DNA of 54,939 bases from Candidatus Uhrbacteria bacterium (GCA_026395055.1 JAPLZK010000002.1:1-54939); one strand, 5' to 3'; counted from the stretch's first letter, positions 16,903 to 26,991 are shown. Made by a program: numbers and translations. The notes: a model not told the origin generated them from the sequence alone.

Positions 16903-19900
16903 ATGTTCAAAAAACAAGATGCTCTGAAGTCTACCGACTTCGACTCCATTCGCCTTCGCCTTGCTTCTCCAGAAGCAATTCGTTCTTGGTCTTATGGAGA
17001 AGTTTCAAAGCCAGAAACCATCAACTACCGAACACAAAAACCAGAAAAATCTGGACTCTTCGCGGAAGAAATTTTTGGACCATCCAAAGATTGGGAATGT
17101 TATTGTGGAAAATATAAAAAGATTCGTTATAAAGGAATTGTCTGTGACAAGTGTGGTGTTGAAGTAACACACTCCATTGTTCGTCGTGAACGCATGGGGC
17201 ACATTGAACTTGCATGTCCAATCACACACATTTGGTTCTTGCGCGGAGTTCCGTCAAAGATCGGAACTGTTCTCGATCTTTCTGTTCAGAATCTCGAAAA
17301 GGTTATCTACTTCGCAAGTTTCTTGATTACCGACATCAATCAAGAAGCAAAAGACCAAACAGAAGAACAAGTGAAGCAAGAATTGAAGAGCAAACAAAAA
17401 ATGATCGAAGGGGAATTTAAGCGTGACGTAGGTCGCTTGGAAGAAAAGTTCCAAGGTGATGCAAAAAAGGTTGCAGCAGAAATTAAACGCTTAGAAGAAA
17501 TTCGCGATCAAAAAACCGCAGAGCTTGATGAAGATTTCGAACAGGTCATTTCGGACCTCAAAGAAATGGAAGTCATGCGTATCATCTCAGAACAAACCTA
17601 TCACGAGTGGTCTCTCAAATACGGTCACATCTTTGAAGCGGGCATTGGAGCAGGAGCCGTCAAAGACATGTTGAAGCGTATTGACGTAGAAGGAACCATG
17701 AAAAAATTGGAAGAAGAATTGGTAAGCGCAACACGCACAAAGCGTGACCGCGTCCTTCGCCGTTTGAAACTTCTGAAATCCCTTCACGTAAACGGCATCA
17801 AACCAGAATGGATGGTGCTTGCTGCGGTTCCAATCATTCCACCAGATTTGCGTCCAATGGTTCCGCTCGATGGAGGCCGTTTTGCAACATCTGACTTGAA
17901 CGATTTGTATCGTCGCGTGATCAACCGTAACAACCGTTTGCGCCGTCTGTTTGAACTGAACGCGCCGGATGTTATCTCAAGAAATGAAAAACGCATGTTG
18001 CAAGAGGCAGTCGATTCTTTGATCGACAACTCTGCACGTCATTCAAAAACCGTTATTGCCGCAACGGGAAAGAAACGCCAACTCAAATCTCTTGCCGATC
18101 AGTTGAAAGGAAAGCAAGGACGTTTCCGTCAGAACTTGCTTGGTAAGCGTATCGACTACTCTGGACGTTCCGTGATTGTGGTCGGACCTCACTTGAAGCT
18201 TGACCAATGTGGTATTCCAAAAAAGATGGCGCTCGAACTCTTTAAACCGTTTATCATTTCAAAGTTGATTGAACGTGAATACGTTCACAACATCCGAAGT
18301 GCGAACCGTTTCATTGAATCCGATCGTCCAGAAACTTGGGACATCCTTGAAGAAGTTACCAAAGACGCATTCGTGCTCTTGAACCGTGCTCCAACCCTTC
18401 ACCGTTTGGGAATTCAAGCCTTCCGTCCAACCTTGATTGAAGGAAAAGCGATTCAAATTCACCCTCTTGTGTGTGACGCGTATAACGCCGACTTTGACGG
18501 AGACCAAATGGCCGTTCACGTTCCTCTTACAGAAGAAGCACGTGCAGAAGCGCGTGAGCTCATGCTTGCAACAAAGAACTTGTTGAAGCCAGCGCACGGT
18601 GGACCAGTTGCAACACCAGGAAAAGATATCGCATGGGGAATCTATTACTTGACCATGACGCTCGACGACATGCCAACAGACAGAAAGGGTTTGCAAATTT
18701 TTGCAAACGAGTCTGATGTGCAATACGCCGTGAAGACAGAAAAGATTTCGTTGCGTACATGGATCTTGGCTCGCTTGAAAACAGGTGAAATTCTTGTCAC
18801 AACTCCAGGACGCATCATCGTGAACATGCAATTTCCAAAGGAGGTTCCATTCCAGAACTCAACCATGGGAAAGAAAGAATTGTCCACGGTTGTGAAGTAC
18901 TACTTGGAGCTTCATGGATCAGAATTAACCGCAGCCTTTCTGGATCGTTTGAAAGAAATTGGGTTCCGTTATGCCACAAAGGCTGGATACTCCTACGGAA
19001 TGTCCAACCTCCCAGTTATTAAAAACAAAAAAGAATTCATCCAAGATGGAGAACAACGTGTTCGTGAGGTAGAAGGCTTCTTTGCGCAAGGACTTCTGAC
19101 TCAATCAGAACGTCACACATCTATCATCAAAATCTGGAATGAAATTAAAGACAAAATCGCGGATGAGTCTAAAAAGGCACTTCCAAAAGACAACCCTGCT
19201 TACACCATGATTGAATCTGGAGCTCGTGGAACATGGGGTCAGATGACGCAGACCGTCGGTATGAAAGGACTCGTGTCTAACCCATCCGGAGAAGTTATCG
19301 AACTTCCTGTTACGTCTTCTTACCGTGATGGTTACGACGTGCTTGAGTTCTTTATCTCCTCTCACGGTGTGCGTAAGGGTCTTACAGATACCGCGCTTCG
19401 TACGGCAAACGCAGGTTACCTCACACGTCGACTCGTCGACGTTGCACAAGATGTTTCTGTTCGTGAAGATGATTGTGGCGACGTTGATGGTGTGGTTCTT
19501 ACCAAAAAGGAATCCGATGAAATTGGTGAGCCACTTATTATTCGTATTCTTGGTCGTTACACCCTTGCAGATGTTCTGAAACCAGGTGGACGAAAAGTTA
19601 TTGTAAAAGCAGGTGAATTGATTACAGAACAACATGTTCGTGAAATTGAAGAAACAAAAGTTGAAATCGAACAAGTGAATATTCGTTCTGTCATGACCTG
19701 TAAACTTCGTCGTGGAATTTGTAAGAAGTGTTACGGGTACGACCTTGCCTACAATAAAGAAGTAAAACTTGGAACTTCTGTTGGAATCATGGCCGCTCAA
19801 TCCATTGGAGAACCAGGAACTCAGCTCACCATGCGTACCTTCCACACCGGAGGAGTTGCAGGAAAAGACATTACGCAAGGATTGCCACGTGTGGAAGAAT

Positions 19901-20940
19901 TGTTCGAAGCACGTAACCCAAAGCAAAAGGCAATCATGTCTGAAGTGGCTGGAAAAGCTTCCATCGACACGTCTGCGCGAGAAATCGTGCAAGCAGGAAC
20001 CGGAAAACAAATCGTTGATATGCGTCCAGGTCAAAAGACTGTGAAGATTGCATACCAAGGACTTGAAGAAGAACCGGTCATTTACGGTAAGGCTGGAAAG
20101 CTCAACGTAAAAGATGGAGCAAAGGTAAAGATGGGGCAACTCCTCGCCACAAAATCCGACGGCACAGAACTTGCATGTCCACACACCGGTGTGGTGAAAG
20201 CAGAGAAGCCTGGAATTGTGACCGTGATCTATGAAACAGAAAAAATTCGTGAATATATTATTCCACCTGGATTCTCTCTCTACGTAAAAGACGGCGACGA
20301 GATTCAAGCGGGTGATGCACTCACGGATGGAAACTTAGACTTGCAAGTTTTGTTCAAGACAAAAGGACAAGACGCTGTGCAAAAATATTTGTCGAAAGAA
20401 ATTCAGTTCATCTATGCCTCTCAAGGACAGAAGGTGAACAACAAGCACATCGAAATCATCATTCGCCAAATGTTCTCACGCGTTCGCGTGATCGACACAG
20501 GTGATACAGATTTGTTGCCAGGAGAAATTATTGAAAAGGCAACGTACCTTGATGCAAACGATGCTGTGAAAAAAGGAGGACAAGTTGGAACATGTGAACC
20601 ACTCTTCCTTGGAATCACAAAAATTTCGCTTTCAACAGATTCCTGGTTGTCATCCGCTTCCTTCCAAGAAACCGCTCGTGTTCTCATCAACGCGGCTGTG
20701 ACCGGAAAAGTAGATACCCTCCAAGGATTGAAAGAAAACGTTATTATCGGACGCCTCATCCCAGCCGGAACCGGATTTAAGGACATGGGCACAGAGCTCA
20801 TTGGCCAAATGCCGGTTTACGAAGATGATGTTGCCGAAGACAAAGCAGATGTCCTTGATGAAGAAATCAAAAAGGCATTTGAAGAAAATCGTGCCATTGA
20901 AGTTGCTGCAGCAAAAGCAGAGCTTGCAGCGGCAGAATAA
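16903..20940 (+). CDS. rpoC: DNA-directed RNA polymerase subunit beta'
   Basis: 1345-aa ORF. Zn ribbon [23 protein letters not shown], catalytic [17 protein letters not shown]. Starts 2 nt after the rpoB stop. Confidence 0.98.
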   Translation: MFKKQDALKSTDFDSIRLRLASPEAIRSWSYGEVSKPETINYRTQKPEKSGLFAEEIFGPSKDWECYCGKYKKIRYKGIVCDKCGVEVTHSIVRRERMGHIELACPITHIWFLRGVPSKIGTVLDLSVQNLEKVIYFASFLITDINQEAKDQTEEQVKQELKSKQKMIEGEFKRDVGRLEEKFQGDAKKVAAEIKRLEEIRDQKTAELDEDFEQVISDLKEMEVMRIISEQTYHEWSLKYGHIFEAGIGAGAVKDMLKRIDVEGTMKKLEEELVSATRTKRDRVLRRLKLLKSLHVNGIKPEWMVLAAVPIIPPDLRPMVPLDGGRFATSDLNDLYRRVINRNNRLRRLFELNAPDVISRNEKRMLQEAVDSLIDNSARHSKTVIAATGKKRQLKSLADQLKGKQGRFRQNLLGKRIDYSGRSVIVVGPHLKLDQCGIPKKMALELFKPFIISKLIEREYVHNIRSANRFIESDRPETWDILEEVTKDAFVLLNRAPTLHRLGIQAFRPTLIEGKAIQIHPLVCDAYNADFDGDQMAVHVPLTEEARAEARELMLATKNLLKPAHGGPVATPGKDIAWGIYYLTMTLDDMPTDRKGLQIFANESDVQYAVKTEKISLRTWILARLKTGEILVTTPGRIIVNMQFPKEVPFQNSTMGKKELSTVVKYYLELHGSELTAAFLDRLKEIGFRYATKAGYSYGMSNLPVIKNKKEFIQDGEQRVREVEGFFAQGLLTQSERHTSIIKIWNEIKDKIADESKKALPKDNPAYTMIESGARGTWGQMTQTVGMKGLVSNPSGEVIELPVTSSYRDGYDVLEFFISSHGVRKGLTDTALRTANAGYLTRRLVDVAQDVSVREDDCGDVDGVVLTKKESDEIGEPLIIRILGRYTLADVLKPGGRKVIVKAGELITEQHVREIEETKVEIEQVNIRSVMTCKLRRGICKKCYGYDLAYNKEVKLGTSVGIMAAQSIGEPGTQLTMRTFHTGGVAGKDITQGLPRVEELFEARNPKQKAIMSEVAGKASIDTSAREIVQAGTGKQIVDMRPGQKTVKIAYQGLEEEPVIYGKAGKLNVKDGAKVKMGQLLATKSDGTELACPHTGVVKAEKPGIVTVIYETEKIREYIIPPGFSLYVKDGDEIQAGDALTDGNLDLQVLFKTKGQDAVQKYLSKEIQFIYASQGQKVNNKHIEIIIRQMFSRVRVIDTGDTDLLPGEIIEKATYLDANDAVKKGGQVGTCEPLFLGITKISLSTDSWLSSASFQETARVLINAAVTGKVDTLQGLKENVIIGRLIPAGTGFKDMGTELIGQMPVYEDDVAEDKADVLDEEIKKAFEENRAIEVAAAKAELAAAE

Positions 20941-20950
20941 GGTTTAAAAA

Positions 20951-20982
20951 ACACAGCCCAACACGGGCTGTGTTTTTGTTTG
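20951..20982 (+). terminator. intrinsic terminator after rpoC
   Basis: ACACAGCCC aacac GGGCTGTGT TTTTGTTT. Confidence 0.7.
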
Positions 20983-20992
20983 TGTGAAACGA

Positions 20993-21021
20993 TTGACAAA
21001 TATCCCAGATATTGTTAAATT
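20993..21021 (+). promoter_or_regulatory. sigma70-type promoter of the 21071-22279 gene
   Basis: TTGACA (20993-20998), 17 nt, TAAATT (21016-21021). Confidence 0.55.
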
Positions 21022-21070
21022 CCTTTGTCGATTCATCACGAATCGGCTCATCACCTGAGGAGGTGCTTTC

Positions 21071-22279
21071 ATGGCAAGTCCTGTGCGCTATAGTGTCCGA
21101 TTTCTTCCGCCGCCAGGGTTCGATAAGGTCGTGGATGGCCTCAAGAACCATGGTCTCGTAAGGAAACACGGTTACGTGAAACTGGACGCTATGCGATCAA
21201 TTGCCCTTGCAGCAGATCGTTTGGGGTATAAAGCAAAATGTCAGGTGGCAGAACTGAGAAACTTCTTGGTGAGCGCCGCGGTGCTCATTGATGATGGGTC
21301 TCAGAAATACTATTTTGATGCAGAGCGTGCAGATGTCGTTCTCGTCTGTTGCGATAAGCGTGAAGATATCCCGACGGGAGTCCATCCACAGCAGCGTCTG
21401 AAGTTTCTGAAATTCAACCACTCAACCAGGAGAAACAAACACGTGAATGCAGAACCCGACCAAGTTCCTGATTTGAACACAGATGCAGTTGCGTCTACAG
21501 AAGTTCATCAGTCTCGTGTGCGGTGGACAATTCGATTTACTCCGGAGCAGGCCAAGATCTTCTTGTCGATTGCCGCAGGCATCATGAAGAAGGGGGTCAG
21601 TACGGCATTGACGGCGTGGGCAACGGATCCGCTCAAGAATATTGGTCTTCTCATCAAGCGCGGCGATCGTCGTCTCGCGGTTTGGGAGTGTGATCACACA
21701 ATCTTGCATCAGTGTCGGTTCGAAATGTATCCTCGCGAAAATCATCGCGGCATCTCGATTGTTCAGGATGTTGCGGATGGTCCCGTGGTTGCGTCTGGTC
21801 AGTGGCAGAAAGATCTGGAAGCGATCATGGAAGGAAAAACAGCTGAGCTGATTGAACTCGCACCCGTTCAGGTTGCGGAAGTTGCTGAGCCGGCAGTGAT
21901 CGTCTGTGATCCAGAAGTGACCGTGTGTGTGCCAGAGGTGCTTGATCGGCAACTCGACACGCTGCCGCAGATCAGAACAGATCTCTTGCCTGTGCAGTAC
22001 GAACTCATCATGCAGACGCCCGAAAGTCTTTCGGATGATCAGCTTGAAGAGGCGATGCTCGCGATCCTTGTGCTGTCTGCAAGTTTGAAGAATCGGCATG
22101 AAGCATTGGTTTCCGTGAAAAAAGCACGTGTCCAAAAAGCGATCAATGACGTTCTTGCGGAACAGACTCGATTGGATGAAGAGATTCAGGGTCTGCGTAC
22201 ACGTGAGCAAGAACTCGAAAATGCGAAAGCGACGAATGATGCACGTATTGCATCTCTGCAGCAGAACATGCCGCAGTAA
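21071..22279 (+). CDS. hypothetical protein (402 aa) with C-terminal coiled coil
   Basis: ORF track. GAGGAGG 7 nt upstream. GC-rich. Own promoter and terminator. No family recognised. Confidence 0.7.
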   Translation: MASPVRYSVRFLPPPGFDKVVDGLKNHGLVRKHGYVKLDAMRSIALAADRLGYKAKCQVAELRNFLVSAAVLIDDGSQKYYFDAERADVVLVCCDKREDIPTGVHPQQRLKFLKFNHSTRRNKHVNAEPDQVPDLNTDAVASTEVHQSRVRWTIRFTPEQAKIFLSIAAGIMKKGVSTALTAWATDPLKNIGLLIKRGDRRLAVWECDHTILHQCRFEMYPRENHRGISIVQDVADGPVVASGQWQKDLEAIMEGKTAELIELAPVQVAEVAEPAVIVCDPEVTVCVPEVLDRQLDTLPQIRTDLLPVQYELIMQTPESLSDDQLEEAMLAILVLSASLKNRHEALVSVKKARVQKAINDVLAEQTRLDEEIQGLRTREQELENAKATNDARIASLQQNMPQ

Positions 22280-22284
22280 TCCTC

Positions 22285-22313
22285 ACCACTCTTCCCGAGT
22301 GGTTTTTTGTTTG
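22285..22313 (+). terminator. intrinsic terminator after 21071-22279
   Basis: ACCACTC ttcc c GAGTGGT TTTTTGTTT. Confidence 0.65.
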
Positions 22314-22329
22314 GTACGATGCGATCAAT

Positions 22330-23055
22330 ATGTCAGGGCATTCCAAATTTCACACAATTGCAAAGAAAAAAGGCGCTACAGACAGTATGCGCGCGGTTCA
22401 GTTTGGGAAGCTGGGGAAACTGATCACTGTTGCAGCGCGTGATGGCGGGGGAGACCCGGCGTTCAATTTTCAATTACGCGTGGCCATCGATCAGGCAAAA
22501 GAAGGAAACATGCCCAAAGACAATATTGAACGCGCCATTAAACGTGGAACGGGTGAAGACGGCGCGGGAGCCATCGTAGAAATTATTTATGAAGGATTCG
22601 GTCCTGGTGGTTCAGCCATGCTCATTAAGTCACTGACGGATAATCGTAATCGATCGATCTCGGAAATTCGTACGGCCATCACAAAAAATAATGGAACCAT
22701 GGCTGGCCAAGGAAGTGTTGCGTGGATGTTCGAGAAGAAAGGAGTTGTCACGATCGTAGATCCATCTCGCGTAAAAGATCGAGATGTATTTGAACTTGCG
22801 GTGATTGATGCGGGTGCCGACGACATCATTGAAGATGATGGACTCCTTCAAGTTTTGAGTCCGCCAGATCAATTAAAAAAAGTTCTCGATGGAATAGAAG
22901 CACTTGGGGTAAAAGTTGATGGTGCGGAAATTGAATATCGCGCAAAAGAATTCGTTGCTCTTGAGAATGCAGAAGGAAAACAACAGTTCGAAAAGTTAAT
23001 GGAAGTTTTAGATGAACTTGAAGACGTGGATACGGTTTATACGAATGTGAAATAA
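22330..23055 (+). CDS. yebC: YebC/PmpR-family transcriptional regulator
   Basis: MSGHSKFHTIAKKKGATDSMRA..FGKL...NMPKDNIERAIKRGTGE: typical YebC N-terminus and length. Confidence 0.9.
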   Translation: MSGHSKFHTIAKKKGATDSMRAVQFGKLGKLITVAARDGGGDPAFNFQLRVAIDQAKEGNMPKDNIERAIKRGTGEDGAGAIVEIIYEGFGPGGSAMLIKSLTDNRNRSISEIRTAITKNNGTMAGQGSVAWMFEKKGVVTIVDPSRVKDRDVFELAVIDAGADDIIEDDGLLQVLSPPDQLKKVLDGIEALGVKVDGAEIEYRAKEFVALENAEGKQQFEKLMEVLDELEDVDTVYTNVK

Positions 23056-23132
23056 AGGGGCGAGCGGTAAGGGGTTAGGGACTAGAAGCCAATGAGCTAC
23101 TAGCCCCTCGTCCCTCGCCCCTAATCCCTTGC
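23056..23132. repeat. G-tract/C-tract inverted-repeat element abutting the ruvC start codon
   Basis: AAGGGGTTAGGG (23069-23080) and CCCTAATCCCTT (23119-23130). The ruvC ATG is at 23139. Confidence 0.7.
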
Positions 23133-23138
23133 TCTCTT

Positions 23139-23612
23139 ATGTCCCAAACAATTCTTGGCATTGATCCTGGTTTTGGCAGAATGGGATTTGGCGCCATTCG
23201 TGTTGATGGAATTGTTGTTCGACTTATTGATTACGGAGTGATCACCACAAAATCCACAGAGACCTTTGACGAACGCCTCGTACAAATTGCAGAAGATGTT
23301 CGAGCGCTTCTCAAAGAACATAAACCAGATTTGATCGGAATGGAAAAATTGTTTTTCGGAAAAAGTTCAACCACCGCCATGCGTGTTTCAGAAGTGCGAG
23401 GTGTTGTGCGTTTACTTTGTGCCGAACAAAAAATCCCCATGGTTGAGTTCACACCATCCCAAATCAAAAAGACAACAACCGGAAACGGTGCAGCAACCAA
23501 ACAGGGAATGCAGAAAATGGTGCAACATTTGTTGCAGCTGAAGAATATCCCGCGTCCTGACGACGCGGCAGACGCTCTTGCGGTCGCTCTTACGGCCGTA
23601 GGAGTGCGATAG
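23139..23612 (+). CDS. ruvC: crossover junction endodeoxyribonuclease RuvC
   Basis: ILGIDPGFGRMGFGAI (catalytic Asp), MEKLFFGKS, PDDAADALAVAL. Confidence 0.92.
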   Translation: MSQTILGIDPGFGRMGFGAIRVDGIVVRLIDYGVITTKSTETFDERLVQIAEDVRALLKEHKPDLIGMEKLFFGKSSTTAMRVSEVRGVVRLLCAEQKIPMVEFTPSQIKKTTTGNGAATKQGMQKMVQHLLQLKNIPRPDDAADALAVALTAVGVR

Positions 23613-23620
23613 CGATACTC

Positions 23621-23649
23621 TTGCCAAAAAAGAGCGGATCCTTTAATAT
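23621..23649 (+). promoter_or_regulatory. sigma70-type promoter of tRNA-Gly
   Basis: TTGCCA (23621-23626), 17 nt, TAATAT (23644-23649). The tRNA starts 13 nt later. Confidence 0.55.
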
Positions 23650-23661
23650 ATCGTCACAACC

Positions 23662-23736
23662 GCGGGTATCGTATAGCGGTTATTATCTCAGTTTTCCAAA
23701 CTGATGATGCGGGTTCGACTCCCGCTACCCGCTCCA
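23662..23736 (+). tRNA. tRNA-Gly (anticodon UCC), CCA encoded
   Basis: Hand-folded cloverleaf. Acceptor GCGGGTA/TACCCGC, anticodon arm TCAGT-TTTCCAA-ACTGA, T arm GCGGG-TTCGACT-CCCGC, discriminator T + CCA. Confidence 0.9.
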
Positions 23737-23787
23737 CAAAAGACTCTGACTCACGTCAGGGTTTTTTGTTTTGGTTGAGCGGAGAAA
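23719..23787 (+). repeat. direct repeat, left copy (tRNA-Gly 3' end + its terminator + ~15 nt)
   Basis: 69 nt, 68/69 identical to 25895-25963: CTCCCGCTACCCGCTCCACAAAAGACTCTGACT[C/T]ACGTCAGGGTTTTTTGTTTTGGTTGAGCGGAGAAA. Confidence 0.95.
23744..23772 (+). terminator. intrinsic terminator after tRNA-Gly
   Basis: CTGAC tcac GTCAG GG TTTTTTGTTTT. Confidence 0.65.
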
Positions 23788-25894
23788 GTGGAGGTTAAAA
23801 TCACATCATTTTCCGTTGCGTGTTGGGAAATTCATTGTAAGTTGCCCGCTGGTTGCCTAAAATGTGTGATGCAGTGATTGATAGTGATTTGTCGGAACTT
23901 CCGGGTTTCATCGCATGCTCACTTTATGTTTACTTTATTTATGATAAAATAAACATGATTATTTATAGGTTAAACTCAATTTTTCGCTCATGTATGGCAT
24001 TTGACACACTAAATTCTTTTAGACCTTCGATGGAGAAAAAAGATTCAAAAGATTCGAAAGAAACAATAGAACAAAAAGAATTTATAAAACCTGAACTCGG
24101 TATTGCCTTTGATAAAAAAGTTTTAGGTTCATTGGTTGAAAGATACCCGGATCAGCGTGAAATGTTTGAAAAATTTAGTCGTTTACCTCCTGTTACGTTT
24201 GAGCGCGGCAAGGTTAACTTTATTTTTGGCCCAAATGGTTGTGGTAAATCTACGCTTGCGAACGCTGTTTTTCTGGCGGCTGAGGTTGCTCAAAGAACTC
24301 AAAGAATCATGACAAGATTACCTGAAACGGGTTTAGGTGATAATGAAGAAGACGGAGTACGTTTGGAAGATGCACAAAAAGAAGCCATGGATCACGTTTT
24401 GCATCCATCAAGAATGGATAGATCCGCTGTTGTGGATTTGATTGGCATGGCGGCAGCGCCTCGTTTGGTTGAGGATGGAGCTTTGGTCCTGACACAATTT
24501 CAAGTGCGTGGTGGGTATGGGGGTGAGAAGTCTGATTTGATAAGTGATACGCCGACTGTTCATCGTATTGCCGTTCAAGATGTGTTAGGGGAAGAGAGAA
24601 TGAGAGAGAATAGTTTTATGCGTGATCAGAGATTAAAGTTTAGCCGTGGCGGACAAGGATTTTCAAAGACTCAATCGCATTATGCGGAATCCGGTGCTTC
24701 GGCTCGACAAATGGTTGAAGCAAAATTGAAAGAGGAATTTGAGTTTATGAATTCCGGAAGTATTATTATTATGGATGAAGCGGCGTTTGGTTTGAGCCCA
24801 AAACGTCAAGAGGAATATATAAAAATGTTAGAACAACTTGCGCAAGAAAAAGATCTCATCATTATCGCTCCAGAAAATTCTGGTTATGCGTTTGATGCAG
24901 CAACAGCGCGTATTGATCTTGAAAATCCTGAGCGCGGTCTCCATGTTTCTGAAGCAAGAGATAGCGAGGCGAGAGCGGGTGTTGCAACGCTTGAATCTCG
25001 TGAGAAACTTTCAGGTGCAACGATTCAATTCACTGTAGATCAGGACAAACTTAAAGCCTTAATAGGGGATAATAGTAAATTTCGTCCAATGCTGGAGGTG
25101 TTTGAAAAACTTCCCGCGAATTTTGGATTTAGTCCAGGTAAAACAGATATTTTTGCGGACAATGCTAGTGGAAAAACAACTCTGTTGGGGGTTATGTATT
25201 TGTTAGCGCAAATGGAAAGAGGGGTTCAAAGTAGTATTGATTGGAGTAATGAAATGGGAAGAGAAGCTGGGGATAAAGAAAAATTAAGAAAAGAAGAAAT
25301 GAAAAGTCTGGTTACCAACCCATCGCAACCACGTGATAAGGTTTTTATAGAATCTCTTGGTCTTGCACGAGAAATTATTGCTTCCGGTGCAATAACTCTG
25401 GGAAATAATCCTAATATACCCTTACATCAAGTTCGAGATATGGAAGGGGTGAACGGTGTTATGTGGATGAATCTTCTTGATGTGTCTGGTCAAATAAAAA
25501 AAGACCACTTTAATATTATTGATTCTTCGAGCGTACGAGACGTTGAGGGGCTGGCTAACGAAATTAAAGAAATGAGACCAACGAGTGTCCGTGGTTCTAC
25601 GCGTCAGACTTCAGAAACTATGCTTCTTCAAACAATTCAACATATACAAGAAGGTGGATTTTTATTTGTGGATGAAATAGATGGAGGTATAAGCCCTGGT
25701 CGACAATTAGGTGTTTCAGACGCTGTGCATAAACTCGCGAAAGAAAGAGGTGTGACGGTGATTGCCACATCAAATTCCTATGAAGGTTTAAAATACAGAA
25801 TCACGCCATCTCTTGATTTGTCCGTACCAGAGCAAGGTGTAATTTCTCCAACACATGTACTCGCAGAAACAATAACGAAATAAAATCGCATGGT
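23788..25894 (+). mobile_element. putative 2.1-kb insertion (integrase-less islet) at the tRNA-Gly 3' end
   Basis: Bounded by the 69-bp direct repeat that includes the last 18 nt of tRNA-Gly. Carries one gene. No integrase, transposase or terminal inverted repeats seen. Confidence 0.45.
23853..25883 (+). CDS. internally duplicated P-loop (ABC/SMC-like) ATPase, function unknown
   Basis: Two homologous halves. Half 1: FIFGPNGCGKSTLANAVF ... IIIMDEAAFGLSPKRQ. Half 2: IFADNASGKTTLLGVMYL ... FLFVDEIDGGISPGRQ. No TM segment or nuclease motif seen. The true start is probably ATG 23994 or 24030 (MEKKDSK...). Confidence 0.75.
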   Translation: MPKMCDAVIDSDLSELPGFIACSLYVYFIYDKINMIIYRLNSIFRSCMAFDTLNSFRPSMEKKDSKDSKETIEQKEFIKPELGIAFDKKVLGSLVERYPDQREMFEKFSRLPPVTFERGKVNFIFGPNGCGKSTLANAVFLAAEVAQRTQRIMTRLPETGLGDNEEDGVRLEDAQKEAMDHVLHPSRMDRSAVVDLIGMAAAPRLVEDGALVLTQFQVRGGYGGEKSDLISDTPTVHRIAVQDVLGEERMRENSFMRDQRLKFSRGGQGFSKTQSHYAESGASARQMVEAKLKEEFEFMNSGSIIIMDEAAFGLSPKRQEEYIKMLEQLAQEKDLIIIAPENSGYAFDAATARIDLENPERGLHVSEARDSEARAGVATLESREKLSGATIQFTVDQDKLKALIGDNSKFRPMLEVFEKLPANFGFSPGKTDIFADNASGKTTLLGVMYLLAQMERGVQSSIDWSNEMGREAGDKEKLRKEEMKSLVTNPSQPRDKVFIESLGLAREIIASGAITLGNNPNIPLHQVRDMEGVNGVMWMNLLDVSGQIKKDHFNIIDSSSVRDVEGLANEIKEMRPTSVRGSTRQTSETMLLQTIQHIQEGGFLFVDEIDGGISPGRQLGVSDAVHKLAKERGVTVIATSNSYEGLKYRITPSLDLSVPEQGVISPTHVLAETITK

Positions 25895-25963
25895 CTCCCG
25901 CTACCCGCTCCACAAAAGACTCTGACTTACGTCAGGGTTTTTTGTTTTGGTTGAGCGGAGAAA
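25895..25963 (+). repeat. direct repeat, right copy (tRNA-Gly 3' fragment + terminator copy)
   Basis: See 23719-23787. Only 18 nt of tRNA sequence, so this is not a tRNA gene. Confidence 0.95.
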
Positions 25964-25984
25964 CGGGAGTCAAACCCGTTCTCC

Positions 25985-26013
25985 AAATAAAAAAACGATG
26001 ATTTCTCATCGTT
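25985..26013 (-). terminator. intrinsic terminator overlapping the plsC-like stop codon
   Basis: Minus strand: AACGATGA gaaa TCATCGTT TTTTTATTT. Sequence-related to 26992-27019. Confidence 0.55.
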
Positions 26014-26881
26014 CAGATTGGATCTGATCGTCGATGCGGTGCCATTCGAGGGGGAGCCACTCGCGCACGGTTGCGACGTCTGGTTCACGGATGACTTTGA
26101 TATGCATCGTTACCTTCGAGCCTGGCGGAACGGCGCCGGTCCAGAGCATTTTGCGCGGATCGTAATCGTGCCAAACGTAGCTCACAACCATGAGCGGATG
26201 CTTGGGCGCGCCCGAGAGCATTGCCTCAAGACCGCGAGTCTTCGGTTTGCGCACGTTGCGGTAACCCTCGTCCGGCACGCCCTCAAAGGTTCTGCCTTCA
26301 ACGAAGATGACGGCCCATGACTGATCTTCATGCAAACTTTTTCCGAAGGCAAGGAGATCTTCGACGTCCTGATTTGGGCCGGAGCTTACGTGCTTGCGAC
26401 GCATGAAGGCCGTTTTGCCGAGCTTCAGGACGGTGCCGATGACGGGCCAGCTGCTTGTCTCCTGCATGGCCACGCCGCGCACTCGTTCGACCCCGACACG
26501 CATTCCGCCTTCACCGAGGAGTGTTGCGTCGATGAGGCCGTAATGGTTACCGGTCACGAGCATTGGGATCTGCCTCGCAAGCTCGCGGTCCTCGTCCGAG
26601 ATGACAAATTCCCAGCGTAGCCCGGCGGTGAGCCAAAGGCAGCGGTTGTAGACTTGGCACCAGCGAAAGAACCAGCGGCACATGCGAACATGCATTTCGT
26701 CTGCGGATTCGTTGCCACGTTTGGCGTTGCGTGTAAGCAGCCCGAGCTGCGGCAGACCAATGAAGATGAACAGCGGTACGAACAACATGACGAGCCCAAC
26801 GACGCAGCGGACATAGTGCAGCCAGATGGCGGCCATGCCTGAACGACGAGTTGTAGACGGTGTTGTGACTTGGTTTTCCAA
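26006..26881 (-). CDS. lysophospholipid (1-acyl-glycerol-3-phosphate-type) acyltransferase family protein
   Basis: HX4D motif in VTGNHYGLID and an FPEGTR-like FVEGRTF. N-terminal TM. TTG start at 26881 preceded by AGGAGG. GC-rich. Confidence 0.7.
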   Translation of the reverse strand: MENQVTTPSTTRRSGMAAIWLHYVRCVVGLVMLFVPLFIFIGLPQLGLLTRNAKRGNESADEMHVRMCRWFFRWCQVYNRCLWLTAGLRWEFVISDEDRELARQIPMLVTGNHYGLIDATLLGEGGMRVGVERVRGVAMQETSSWPVIGTVLKLGKTAFMRRKHVSSGPNQDVEDLLAFGKSLHEDQSWAVIFVEGRTFEGVPDEGYRNVRKPKTRGLEAMLSGAPKHPLMVVSYVWHDYDPRKMLWTGAVPPGSKVTMHIKVIREPDVATVREWLPLEWHRIDDQIQSER

Positions 26882-26991
26882 TGGATCCTCCTGATGTTCA
26901 TCTCGCTAAAATCCCAGTGAAATAAAGAGAATGAACGTGAAAAATTAACATGAAATCGCTCGTTTGTCAAGGAATCTGGCCTGTTTCCAAA

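Noticed and set aside
19105-20307. 400-aa ORF antisense to rpoC
   Set aside because: It lies entirely inside the unambiguous rpoC frame. Its sequence is Cys/Phe/His-rich nonsense, with no SD or promoter. It is a shadow ORF.
25895-25912. Second tRNA-Gly gene or pseudogene
   Set aside because: Only the last 18 nt of the tRNA (part of the T arm, the acceptor 3' strand and CCA) are present. It is the right-hand direct repeat of the insertion, not a gene.
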